A DNA stretch of 64,000 bases from a virus. This document shows positions 17,653 through 27,679 of this stretch, in pieces. The DNA is taken from IMG/VR virus record IMGVR_UViG_3300043775_002839, positions 29,706 to 93,705 of that record. The stretch is one strand, 5' to 3'. Both the position numbers and the translations under genes were made by a program. Position 1 is the stretch's first letter, and each line of letters opens with the position of its first letter. The notes under the pieces are model-generated. The model was given only the letters and a program-made list of their open reading frames with translations. It did not search any database and was not told the DNA's origin.

Positions 17653-20600
17653 ATGGCCGTTAAGTATTGGTATAAAGCAGCAAATTCAAATGATAACTGG
17701 TCAACTACAACAAACTGGTGGACAACATCAGGTGGACCAACAGGAGGAGGTGTTAATGCCGGTTTACCTACGTCTGCTGATGATGTTATTTTTGATTCTG
17801 CATCTACTACTAGCGCTACTGTAACAATAGTTACAACTGCGGCGGTATGTAATAGTATAAACTTTACAGGTTTTACAGGAACATTAGCAGGAAGCACAGT
17901 TGGACTTAATGTAACTAATACAACGGGTAGAGGTCTTTCTGCTAACACTCCACTTTTTGCATGGGGTTCTGGAATGACTGTATCTTTTTCTGGAACTGTT
18001 ACATTTGGAGGTACTGGAACAGGAGGGTGGATTTATTGTAATGGCAAGACATTTCAAGGTCCAGTTATATTTAATAATACTGCAGCTACCTTTACTTTTA
18101 AAGATATATTTAGAACATCTGCAACTGCTACTGGTGGTTTAGGTGCATTAGTAACACAAACTGCGGGTGCTATAATTGCAACAGATGCTGCTGCTGAATT
18201 TGGAAGATTCACATCAACTGGTACAAGTGCTAGCAAAACCTTTAACTGTACCAACTTATACCTAAAGGGAACAGGTGCACTATATACTTTAGGTACTAGT
18301 TCAACAGGTTTAACAACATCAATCACCAATATTTATGTTGATAATGGGACAACTACTGCAAAAACTTTATTATTTAATACCCAGTTTGGTTCTACAAACC
18401 TAGAACTTGGTGGTTCAGGGAATATATCAATAGCATTAGGTACTACTAAACAACCTGCGGTAACTGTTACTAACACAGGAGGAACCGACTATATTTTTAA
18501 TATAACAGCAACTACCACCATTAAATCACTGGTATTTACTCAACCTATAACATGGTCAAATGCTGCAATCACTACAACAATATCTGGAAATCTAACACTT
18601 GTAAGTGGAGTAACTATCGGTGCTCTAGGAACTCCAAATCTTGTTTTTTCTGCCAATGCAACAATAACAACTGCGGGTAAAAGTTTAGTAACAGGAACAT
18701 TAACTACCAATACATCAACAACAACAACTATAGTAGGAGTATTGTCTAGTAATGCAAATATAACATTTAATAGTACAGTAAATACTAGCGATGATGTTAG
18801 TACAACAGGTACTTTAACTATTGGTGGTACAAGTAATCTTTCAGGAAGTATAATATCTGCAGGTGTATTGACTATTTCAGGAGCTACTGCATCTTTAAAT
18901 ACAGTAGCAAGTTCAGCGGTTACATGCAATGGTTTAACTACACTAACGGGTGGAAGCACAATTTCATATGCCGGAACATTTACATCTGGTTCAATAACTA
19001 TAACAAGTGGTTCATTTACCGGAACTACCGGTGTTGCCGGTAATTTAGTATGTAATGGTATACTTACAATAACATTAGGCTCAATTAATACCGGAGGAGC
19101 TTCATTACAGGCAAGTTCAATAACTCAAACAGGTACAGGAGCTAAAAGTATTATAGCAGCTAATTTGTATTTAACAGGAACAGGCACATTATACACAAAT
19201 ACAACTTCAACAGGTTTAACCACGTCTATTAGTAATATGTATGTTACTAATGCAGCAACTACTGCAAAATCTTTAATATTTGACGGTCAATTTGGTTCTA
19301 CAAATTTAGAACTTGACGGATCAGGAAATATAACTTTTACACCAGGAACTGCTAAAACTCCTAATGTAACGGTAACTAATTCTGGCGGGCTTGCATCTAA
19401 TTTTAATATTGCAGCTACTGGAACTATAGGAAATTTAATATTTACTACACCTGTAACATGGAATAATACCCTCAGCGTAGTATTAACATTAACAGGAAAT
19501 ACATTTACCCTAGTAAGTGGGTTGGCCTTTGGTGCTAATGGGCATTCTTCATTAGTTTTTTCTAACAATGTAGCAATTACCTTAGCTGGCAAAAGTTTAG
19601 TAACTGGAACATTAACAACTAATGCAAATGCAACCTTTGATGGAGGCATCACTAGTAACGCCGCTATCTCATTAAATGGTACAACTAGTATTCCTGGAAA
19701 TATTGATACTACAAGTTTACTAACTATTGGAGGTGCTTGTACTATCACAGGAGATACTGTATCTTCAAGCACAATGGCTATTAATGGTGCAACAGCTTCA
19801 TTAAGTGGAACAGTACTATTTAATGTAACGGGAACAGGCGCACTTACAATAACACAGGGTTCAATTAACACAAACGGAGGTACATTAACTGTAAGTTCTA
19901 TTACTTCATCAGGAGTTTCTGCTAAAAGTATAACGGCTCCCATTTTATATTTAACAGGAAATGGAACATTATATACTGCAGCTACCGGTTTAACTACTAC
20001 TATTACCGACGTGTATGCTATCGCAACAACTGGATCAAATAGAACACTTACATTTGATACTCAATTTGGTTCTACAAATTTAGAATTAGGTGGAGCTGGT
20101 GCTGGAAATATTACATTCATACCTGGTACAACATTTCAACCAAATTTATTAGTATCAAATACTGGTAATGCAATATTCAATATTTCTACCGCAGGAACTA
20201 TTAAAAATTTAATATTTTCAGCCTCATCAAATGTCAATTGGTCAAACAGTGCAGTCATAATAACATCTATCGGATCTTTGTTTACAATGGTAGGTGGCAT
20301 AACAGTCACAACCACACCATCGCTTGTTTTTTCTAATGCGGTAAATATAACAACTGCTGGCAAAAATTTAGTTACTGGTACCTTAACAACCAATGAATCA
20401 GTTAATATAATAGGAGCATTTAATAGCAATGCTGCAGTTACACTTAATGGAAATCCACTAGCTTCTCCAACTTCATTTAATTGTGATAGTACGTTTCAGA
20501 CAACAGGTGCTTTAATCGCATCAGGAATTGCTCATACTTGTAATTTTAGTAGTACATTAACTGCAGCATCTATTACTATAAATTCTGGTTGCACATCAAA

Positions 20601-23211
20601 CACAGTTGGAAGTGTTGTTTGTAATGGTTTAACTACAATATCAAGCGAAGGATTCTTCGGATACTCTGGAACATTTACATCTAATTCAATAACTCTAAAT
20701 TCGGGTACTATTCAAAATGATGGCAGTACCGATAATCAAACACTTATATGTACAAACATACTTACTCTTGCAAGTGGTAATATTAATACTTCCAATTCTG
20801 CATCAGAAATGTATATTGGTTCAATTATTACTTCCGGATCAGGCGTTAAATCTATCTCAACTTTTTCCAATTTATATCTAACAGGAACGGGTACACTTTT
20901 TACTCCAGGAGCAGCAACTGGGTTGTCTACTGTTATACAAAATATTTATGTAACTAATAATTCAATAACATCAAGAACTTTAACATTCACAGATACATTT
21001 GGTTCAACTAATGTATATTTACAAGGTACATTATCAGGTGCAATAACATTCGGAGGTGGGACTGCCTTTGTTCCAAATGTGTATGTTCAAAATACAGGAG
21101 GTGCTGTTATATCTTTCCAAACAGGAACTTTTACTAACTTAACATTTTCAACCGGTACTAATGTTACATGGACCAATACAGCCGCGCAGACAATAACAAT
21201 GCAAGGAAATCTTGTAATGGTTTCTACGATGAACACCTTAACGACAACTCCTACATTATTATTTAATACGGCAGCAAGTATTACATTGGCCGGGGAAACT
21301 CTATACACTGGATCTATAATAGTAGATGGAGTACAGGTAGATATATTAGACAATTTTAATAGTAATATACCCGTAATTGTTCAAAATAGTGGAAAACTAT
21401 ATACAAAAGAATTTTTGACTACCGGGCTTCTTTCTATTTTAAGTGACGGTACTATTTATACTACAGGTTCTACTTTTTCTATTGGTAGTTTAACATTGAT
21501 GGATGGCACTGTCAATTTAGGTTCGAATAGTCATGTATGTACCGGAAATGTGGGTGCATCAGGATTTTCTTACATTAATAATGGGCCATTAACTATAAAT
21601 GGGACATTAACTATAAGTGGCGGAGGTCAATTGGATCTCAATAGTAGTGTTAACGTAATAGGCCTAACCACTCTTACTGGCGTATCTACACTTAATACAT
21701 ATTCTAATACTACCGTATTTTCAGCAGTGACTATAACAAATGGTTATATCAGCACAGGTAGTAATTCATACGTATGTACCGGTGTAACTACTCTAACTGA
21801 AGGTGATTTTGGAAATAACACAGGAGACCTTTACACAGGAACTCTTACAACCACTGGAGGTGCTGCACCAAAAAATATATATGCACCAAAATTATATTTA
21901 ACAGGAACCGGTGCATTATATACACACGGTACTGGTGTAATTTTATCTGCAGGACCCGACGCAATACACATAATAGATAGTACTAGTGCCGTAAAATCTC
22001 TTTTATGTAATACCCAGTTTCCTTATACTACAAATATTCCAATTTATTTAGGTGGCTCGGGCTCAGGCTCTATATCAATAGCACCAGGGTCAACGTGTCT
22101 TCCAATTATAAATGTAACTAACACTGGAGGCGCTAATATATCGATAACCGGAGCCAGTGCTACTATAACAAGTTTAGTATTTGCAAATACATCTAATGCG
22201 GTATGGAATAATGGAGCAATGACATTAAACATCCAAAATGACTTAAATTTAGGTACTAATCTTAATATGACAGTCACCGCTACTCCTACTATTGTATTTA
22301 ATGTTGGGAGTAGCAATATATCGTTATATGGAAAAAGTCTAACTGCGCCTATATCAATAACATCCGCGACCACCGCCAATGTAACTAATGATTTTTCTAG
22401 TACTTCATCTGTGACAGTTACAGATGGATCACTTGGTGTAATGTCTGGTAATTTCACCGCGACTACACTTACCTTATCCATTGATGGAACTTTTGTAATG
22501 TCTTCTTCCGGTAATATCAATCTAACATCAATATCCTCTTCCGGGAGCTATACTCAATACACAGGAAATTTAATATGTACTGGAGCAATTACAGTCCCTG
22601 GTATATTTCAAACAGTTACAGGTCCAGTTTCTATTCAATGTACATCATTCATCGGAAGTACAGCAGAATGCATTATTAATTTTTCAGCTAATACTATAGT
22701 AACTCTAACAGGTACTGGTACGGTATGGTCTGCACCTACTACTGCAAGTTCTATACAAGTTTTAGGTATTATAAAAATAACAAATCCTGCTACTACGAAT
22801 ATTACATTCGCAGGAGGCGGTTGGTTTTATTATGAATTAATATTTGATAGAGGAATATCCCCTAATAATAATACTATCACCGGAAGCAATTTTTTTACAA
22901 ATTTAAGAGATTTGGGAACAGTCGCTCATTCTTTAATACTAGGAACGGGAACAACTCAGCAAGTTGGACACTTTGATGTAAAAGGAAGCCCGGACAATTC
23001 AATAGCAATAGCAAGATCCGGTACAACTGGAGTCGCTACACTGCTTAAATTTCCAGAGGGTCTTGTTATTTGCGATTGGATAACCGTAACGAATGTTACT
23101 GCTGAAAACTTTGATACATTCTATTCCGGTCCAAATAGCACTTTAACTAATGCCGCTAACTGGATTGCTGGAGGAAAGGTCCGAAACCAAAGTGCTCTAG
23201 GCGCAGGATAA
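17653..23211 (+). CDS. Giant T/G/S/N-rich beta-helical adhesin/fibre-like protein (1852 aa)
   Basis: About five internal modules with LYLxGxGxL(Y/F)T...T(Q)FGSTN; N-terminal NWSTTTNW...PTSADDVIFD. Confidence 0.65.
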   Translation: MAVKYWYKAANSNDNWSTTTNWWTTSGGPTGGGVNAGLPTSADDVIFDSASTTSATVTIVTTAAVCNSINFTGFTGTLAGSTVGLNVTNTTGRGLSANTPLFAWGSGMTVSFSGTVTFGGTGTGGWIYCNGKTFQGPVIFNNTAATFTFKDIFRTSATATGGLGALVTQTAGAIIATDAAAEFGRFTSTGTSASKTFNCTNLYLKGTGALYTLGTSSTGLTTSITNIYVDNGTTTAKTLLFNTQFGSTNLELGGSGNISIALGTTKQPAVTVTNTGGTDYIFNITATTTIKSLVFTQPITWSNAAITTTISGNLTLVSGVTIGALGTPNLVFSANATITTAGKSLVTGTLTTNTSTTTTIVGVLSSNANITFNSTVNTSDDVSTTGTLTIGGTSNLSGSIISAGVLTISGATASLNTVASSAVTCNGLTTLTGGSTISYAGTFTSGSITITSGSFTGTTGVAGNLVCNGILTITLGSINTGGASLQASSITQTGTGAKSIIAANLYLTGTGTLYTNTTSTGLTTSISNMYVTNAATTAKSLIFDGQFGSTNLELDGSGNITFTPGTAKTPNVTVTNSGGLASNFNIAATGTIGNLIFTTPVTWNNTLSVVLTLTGNTFTLVSGLAFGANGHSSLVFSNNVAITLAGKSLVTGTLTTNANATFDGGITSNAAISLNGTTSIPGNIDTTSLLTIGGACTITGDTVSSSTMAINGATASLSGTVLFNVTGTGALTITQGSINTNGGTLTVSSITSSGVSAKSITAPILYLTGNGTLYTAATGLTTTITDVYAIATTGSNRTLTFDTQFGSTNLELGGAGAGNITFIPGTTFQPNLLVSNTGNAIFNISTAGTIKNLIFSASSNVNWSNSAVIITSIGSLFTMVGGITVTTTPSLVFSNAVNITTAGKNLVTGTLTTNESVNIIGAFNSNAAVTLNGNPLASPTSFNCDSTFQTTGALIASGIAHTCNFSSTLTAASITINSGCTSNTVGSVVCNGLTTISSEGFFGYSGTFTSNSITLNSGTIQNDGSTDNQTLICTNILTLASGNINTSNSASEMYIGSIITSGSGVKSISTFSNLYLTGTGTLFTPGAATGLSTVIQNIYVTNNSITSRTLTFTDTFGSTNVYLQGTLSGAITFGGGTAFVPNVYVQNTGGAVISFQTGTFTNLTFSTGTNVTWTNTAAQTITMQGNLVMVSTMNTLTTTPTLLFNTAASITLAGETLYTGSIIVDGVQVDILDNFNSNIPVIVQNSGKLYTKEFLTTGLLSILSDGTIYTTGSTFSIGSLTLMDGTVNLGSNSHVCTGNVGASGFSYINNGPLTINGTLTISGGGQLDLNSSVNVIGLTTLTGVSTLNTYSNTTVFSAVTITNGYISTGSNSYVCTGVTTLTEGDFGNNTGDLYTGTLTTTGGAAPKNIYAPKLYLTGTGALYTHGTGVILSAGPDAIHIIDSTSAVKSLLCNTQFPYTTNIPIYLGGSGSGSISIAPGSTCLPIINVTNTGGANISITGASATITSLVFANTSNAVWNNGAMTLNIQNDLNLGTNLNMTVTATPTIVFNVGSSNISLYGKSLTAPISITSATTANVTNDFSSTSSVTVTDGSLGVMSGNFTATTLTLSIDGTFVMSSSGNINLTSISSSGSYTQYTGNLICTGAITVPGIFQTVTGPVSIQCTSFIGSTAECIINFSANTIVTLTGTGTVWSAPTTASSIQVLGIIKITNPATTNITFAGGGWFYYELIFDRGISPNNNTITGSNFFTNLRDLGTVAHSLILGTGTTQQVGHFDVKGSPDNSIAIARSGTTGVATLLKFPEGLVICDWITVTNVTAENFDTFYSGPNSTLTNAANWIAGGKVRNQSALGAG

Positions 23212-23271
23212 CTAATAAACAAAAAACATTTTAATAAAGAGATATATAAATAAAATAAAATAATAAACAAT

Positions 23272-24033
23272 ATGACAACTAATATTCTTGCACCATTTGT
23301 TAAATTAGATGAATCTTTCCAGTTTTATGTAAGCGGAAGACTTTTTGAAATGAATGAAACTGAAATTAAAGAAGTTGAAGGAACCCAAAATTCAACCCTA
23401 ATTAATGCAATTAATGCATTCGAATCTTTTCAATTTACAGAAGATTCTGTAAGATGGTTCCATGGACCAAGCAAATTTATCTACAATTTAGCTGAAGGAG
23501 TTTTTCAACACAACAATTCAGAAATTTTAGGAAATTCATTTTCAAACCACATTATGGCAGCTGGACATATCAGATATGCTGAAAAACCAATTGCTGAATT
23601 ATTTGAATCTCTTCCTACACTACTAGAAAATTTTGTAACTCTTGATTTTGCTGCAACATTCGAAGGAAATGAAGTAACTGTAAATCTTTTTAAATTAAAC
23701 GAGGATGTTTACGTTGCACGTTTTAACAAGGCAAATAAAATTGCAAAATTCTTTAAAGCAGCTAACGCTAATGAAGCTGCCGAATATGTTACTAAAGAGA
23801 CTGGAGAATCTGCGCTTCTTTTCTTAAAAGAGATGGTTGAAGGACAATCTGCTGAACTTGCAATTAAAGAGGAAAAACTACAAACTTACGAATCGATGAT
23901 TTCTTTCCTAAAAGACCAAAAAGGGCTATTGGCAAATGCTGATAGAAACGATGAGTCTATTAAAGAGGCTGAGTCTTTAATCAATGGAGAAATCCAGTCA
24001 TGGGAAGACAAGATTGCTGCACTAGATGCATAA
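23272..24033 (+). CDS. Hypothetical late protein
   Basis: GATATATA at 23241 upstream, terminator downstream. Confidence 0.6.
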   Translation: MTTNILAPFVKLDESFQFYVSGRLFEMNETEIKEVEGTQNSTLINAINAFESFQFTEDSVRWFHGPSKFIYNLAEGVFQHNNSEILGNSFSNHIMAAGHIRYAEKPIAELFESLPTLLENFVTLDFAATFEGNEVTVNLFKLNEDVYVARFNKANKIAKFFKAANANEAAEYVTKETGESALLFLKEMVEGQSAELAIKEEKLQTYESMISFLKDQKGLLANADRNDESIKEAESLINGEIQSWEDKIAALDA

Positions 24034-24058
24034 TCTACATAGTTTTTAAATTAATATT

Positions 24059-24083
24059 AAAGGGAACGTTAATCGTTCCCTTT
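24059..24083 (+). terminator. Intrinsic terminator
   Basis: AAAGGGAACG/CGTTCCCTTT stem. Confidence 0.7.
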
Positions 24084-24150
24084 GGTGTTTAGCCTGGAAT
24101 TGAAACAGAATCAACACTTCGTTATATAAATCTAAACTAAAGAAATAAAA

Positions 24151-24522
24151 ATGGCTAAAACTAAAAACTATTTAAACAATAAGGACTTACATGATGCAAT
24201 GAGTGAATCCAAAAATATGGATAAACTGACACCAACTGCAGAAAAAATGTTAATCCTATTAGCAGAACGCGCAATTAACAGAATGTCTTATGTTAACAAA
24301 GACGACCGGGATGATTGCCTCCAATTTGCAATGTTAGACCTCTTAAAATATTGGAGAGGATTTAACCCAGTCTATCCAAATGCTTTTGCCTATTTTACAG
24401 AAATTGCCAAACGAGGATATGCCAAAGGTTGGAATAAAATTCATCCACAAAAATACAAAGGTACTATCTCTATGAGTAGAACATCAGGAGATGATGATAG
24501 TGGCGGGATCTATTCTATTTAA
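24151..24522 (+). CDS. gp55: Late transcription sigma factor (T4 gp55-like)
   Basis: NYLNNKDL and NAFAYFTEI motifs. Confidence 0.85.
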   Translation: MAKTKNYLNNKDLHDAMSESKNMDKLTPTAEKMLILLAERAINRMSYVNKDDRDDCLQFAMLDLLKYWRGFNPVYPNAFAYFTEIAKRGYAKGWNKIHPQKYKGTISMSRTSGDDDSGGIYSI

Positions 24523-25010
24523 TGTCAATAAAGAATTTAAAACCAACCAAAAAATCCGGATTTAATCAAGGATATTTTAATCCCAAGAACCCTCAAAAAT
24601 ATATAGGTTCATCGCCTATTATTTACAGAAGTTCTTGGGAATATAAGTTTATGATTTGGTGTGATATTAATGACAAAGTCCTTTGTTGGTCCAGTGAACC
24701 TGTTGAAATTAAATATTGGTCACGCCAGGGAAACAAGCAGAGAACATATAACCCAGACTTTTACTTTAAAATACTTAAACAGGACGGCTCAACTGAAGAG
24801 TTTCTTGCCGAAATTAAGCCAAAAAATCAAATACAAAAACCAACCCCTCCTGCAAATCCAACCAAAAAAAGCGTTGCATCCTATAAATTTCTTACCGAAC
24901 AGTACATAAAAAATATGGATAAATATAATGCTGCTAAAGAATATGCGGAAAGTCGCTGTTGGCGATTTATTGTTCTAACAGAAGATACAATTAAAAATGG
25001 GTTACATTAA
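24522..25010 (+). CDS. gp4: Head completion nuclease (T4 gp4-like, TnsA fold)
   Basis: YRSSWE, WSSEP, YNPDF, EIKP. Confidence 0.88.
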   Translation: MSIKNLKPTKKSGFNQGYFNPKNPQKYIGSSPIIYRSSWEYKFMIWCDINDKVLCWSSEPVEIKYWSRQGNKQRTYNPDFYFKILKQDGSTEEFLAEIKPKNQIQKPTPPANPTKKSVASYKFLTEQYIKNMDKYNAAKEYAESRCWRFIVLTEDTIKNGLH

Positions 25011-25632
25011 ACAAAGAATAGCCGAACTTAGCAAAGAATTTGGAGGTAAAATAAGAGCCTCTCGAGCATGTATGGATTGGTACGAGGCTGGAATTAAATC
25101 TAAAAGCCAAAATGAGGCTAAAATAACCCGAACAAGGTTTCAACCCGGAAAGATTTATGTTTTTAAATACTTTCCAAAATATGCAAAAGAGCTCCCTTGG
25201 TTTGACCAAAATCCAGTAGTGTTAGCAATAGAACAGGTTAATAATAATGACTTTGGAATTAATTTAAACCTGCTGCCAGTTCCTTACAAAGAAAAGTTAT
25301 TGGATGAACTATTTACCCGTATGAATATAAAGGTAGATGTACAAGAAACAGACATAATTTCAGAAATTCTAGGAATTGAAACACCAAGTGGAATTGATGC
25401 AATTAAAGAAAAACCTCTCCGAATAACTTATGAAGGAATTAGGGCATACCTTGAAAAGGATGGATATGATTTTGCCCTAAGACAATATATACCTTCAAGA
25501 AAGAAGGACCAAGCAGTTGTTAGTTATTCAAAATGGCCAGAAATAGCACTATGTGATTTTATGGACTTTAATAAAACAAATGTACTGAAGGTCAGATTAA
25601 TGTTTAATGACTATTTAAAAAAGAATATATAA
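24997..25632 (+). CDS. gp2: DNA end protector protein (T4 gp2-like)
   Basis: PGKIYVFKY.PK, LPWFD..P, GINL..LP. Confidence 0.75.
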   Translation: MGYIKQRIAELSKEFGGKIRASRACMDWYEAGIKSKSQNEAKITRTRFQPGKIYVFKYFPKYAKELPWFDQNPVVLAIEQVNNNDFGINLNLLPVPYKEKLLDELFTRMNIKVDVQETDIISEILGIETPSGIDAIKEKPLRITYEGIRAYLEKDGYDFALRQYIPSRKKDQAVVSYSKWPEIALCDFMDFNKTNVLKVRLMFNDYLKKNI

Positions 25633-25654
25633 CTTAAATTAATATAATAATATA

Positions 25655-27247
25655 ATGGCAGGATTTGTACAAAGAAATGGTCCATTGACTAAAGCCCCGT
25701 TTAACCTAAGTAATACGCTTAAGAAGTTATCTTCTTTTGGTATGTACTATGATGATTTGGTGCTTAGACAATCTCAAGCAATAGGCCCAGTAGAAGATGC
25801 AATTGGTTACGGCCAAATGAACCCAACAGGTCTGGATAGTGATGATATGTATGGCGCATTTGCAGCCCTTTCGATGGCTGATACTACAATGCGTAAAAAT
25901 ATTCCATTCTTTGACCAAGCATATCGTGGTAAAAGAGATGAACTGCGGGCTTTTGCGCAGCATGATGAAATTGAAGACATCCTGGATATACTTTGCGATG
26001 AGTCAATTGTATACGATAGCAAAAACTTCATGGCCAATCCCGAGATTATTGGAATGGAAGTTTCTGAAGATGTACAAAAATATCTTAATAAAGCATATAG
26101 AGACCTGTATCAATACTTTGGATTTAACCTAGACCAATCAGCATGGTACTTCTTTAGAAAATGGTTAATTGATGGTTATCTATCATTTGAGATTATTTAT
26201 AATCCTGAAATGTCAGAAGTTATTGGATTTAAAGAAATTGATCCAATCACATTGGTTCCAGGATATAACCACGAAGATGGTAAAAAAGTTTGGATTCAGT
26301 TTAAAGACGATCCAGTTAAGCAGAGAAAATTGTATGATTCACAGATTGTGTACATATCATACTCTTCGATTACTACAGCATCAAGGGTTTCTTACCTTGA
26401 GAGACTTGTAAGAGCATTCAACTTAATGAGAATTATGGAACATACCCGGGTTATTTGGGCTGTGACCAATTCATCTTATAGAATGAAATTTATTATACCA
26501 GTCGGTGGTAAATCTAAAACAAGAGCAAAACAATCCCTTGCTCAACTGATGAATAACTATAAAGAAGTTGTAGATTTTGATTGGGACAGTGCATCCCTTA
26601 CAACTAATGGTAAACCAATGTTACAATTTAATAAAGAATATTGGTTACCTAGCAAGGACGGAGAACAACCAGAGATTGAAACCTTGGGTGGAGAAGGTCC
26701 AGAGCTTAGCGACACTGAATCATTAAAATACTTCTCAGATAAACTTAAATCAGTTTCAAAAATTCCTTACAATAGATTCATGTATGAAGATGGCGGAGGA
26801 GATTTCAATCTAGCTGCAGATGGTATGATTAGAGACGAGATTAAATTTAGTAAATTTATTAATCGTTTACGTAGCTCATTCCAAGAGATATTGATTAAAC
26901 CCCTATGGATTCAAATGTGTCTTAAATTTCCAGAATTTAAAGAGGATGCAGGATTTAGAACCCAAATTGCTCTAAGATTTAACGAGGATAATATGTTCTC
27001 TGAATTAAAGACAATGGAAATCATGCAAAAGAGACTTGATTTTATTACTACAATGAAAGATTCACTGGTTAAAACAGATCCTGTAACTATGGAAGAAACT
27101 CCATATTTTGATATGGACTTCTTAGTTGATAGATACCTTAAACTCTCTCCAGATGATAAAGCAGCTAATGATGCATATAAAGCCAGAACTGCTGCTGCAA
27201 AAGCTGCCGAACCGGAACCTGAAGATCCAATGGCAATGGGAATGTAA
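25655..27247 (+). CDS. gp20: Portal protein (T4 gp20)
   Basis: WLIDG, SYLE, YWLP...G...EIETLGG, RDEIKFSKFINRLR. Confidence 0.93.
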   Translation: MAGFVQRNGPLTKAPFNLSNTLKKLSSFGMYYDDLVLRQSQAIGPVEDAIGYGQMNPTGLDSDDMYGAFAALSMADTTMRKNIPFFDQAYRGKRDELRAFAQHDEIEDILDILCDESIVYDSKNFMANPEIIGMEVSEDVQKYLNKAYRDLYQYFGFNLDQSAWYFFRKWLIDGYLSFEIIYNPEMSEVIGFKEIDPITLVPGYNHEDGKKVWIQFKDDPVKQRKLYDSQIVYISYSSITTASRVSYLERLVRAFNLMRIMEHTRVIWAVTNSSYRMKFIIPVGGKSKTRAKQSLAQLMNNYKEVVDFDWDSASLTTNGKPMLQFNKEYWLPSKDGEQPEIETLGGEGPELSDTESLKYFSDKLKSVSKIPYNRFMYEDGGGDFNLAADGMIRDEIKFSKFINRLRSSFQEILIKPLWIQMCLKFPEFKEDAGFRTQIALRFNEDNMFSELKTMEIMQKRLDFITTMKDSLVKTDPVTMEETPYFDMDFLVDRYLKLSPDDKAANDAYKARTAAAKAAEPEPEDPMAMGM

Positions 27248-27268
27248 TTAAATAAAAATATAAATAAA

Positions 27269-27619
27269 ATGAAAATAATTAAAACATTTGAGGAATTTAC
27301 AAGCTCACTTCAAGAAGATGCAATCGATGCAGGTGAAGATTCAAAAGTAGTAGTTGACGATGTCACACTTGACTCAGGAAAAGAAATTAAATCCACTGAA
27401 ATCCTAGGGACTATATTATCCTCTAAAAGTGAAAAGGAATTTAAAGAATATTTCTATAAAGAATACGGAAATACAGCGTTTACCGAAGAGGATATGTTTA
27501 CCCTTGTTAAATTTTTTAATGACTACCAAGAGGAAGTTGCTCAAAAAGAGAAGGATGCCGAAAAAGATGCAGAAGGCGGAGAAGGTGGCGAGGAAAAGGA
27601 TCCATTGGCAGACATTTAA
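27269..27619 (+). CDS. Small acidic prohead core/internal protein
   Basis: Between portal and protease; starts MKIIKTFEEF. Confidence 0.6.
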   Translation: MKIIKTFEEFTSSLQEDAIDAGEDSKVVVDDVTLDSGKEIKSTEILGTILSSKSEKEFKEYFYKEYGNTAFTEEDMFTLVKFFNDYQEEVAQKEKDAEKDAEGGEGGEEKDPLADI

Positions 27620-27679
27620 TTTTTAAAAATCTTCAAAAATTAACTGGATATATAATAGAAATATAATAAAATAATAATT

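Noticed and set aside
17649-22520. Several minus-strand Val/Pro-rich ORFs
   Set aside because: Antisense shadows of the Thr/Gly-rich 1852-aa gene
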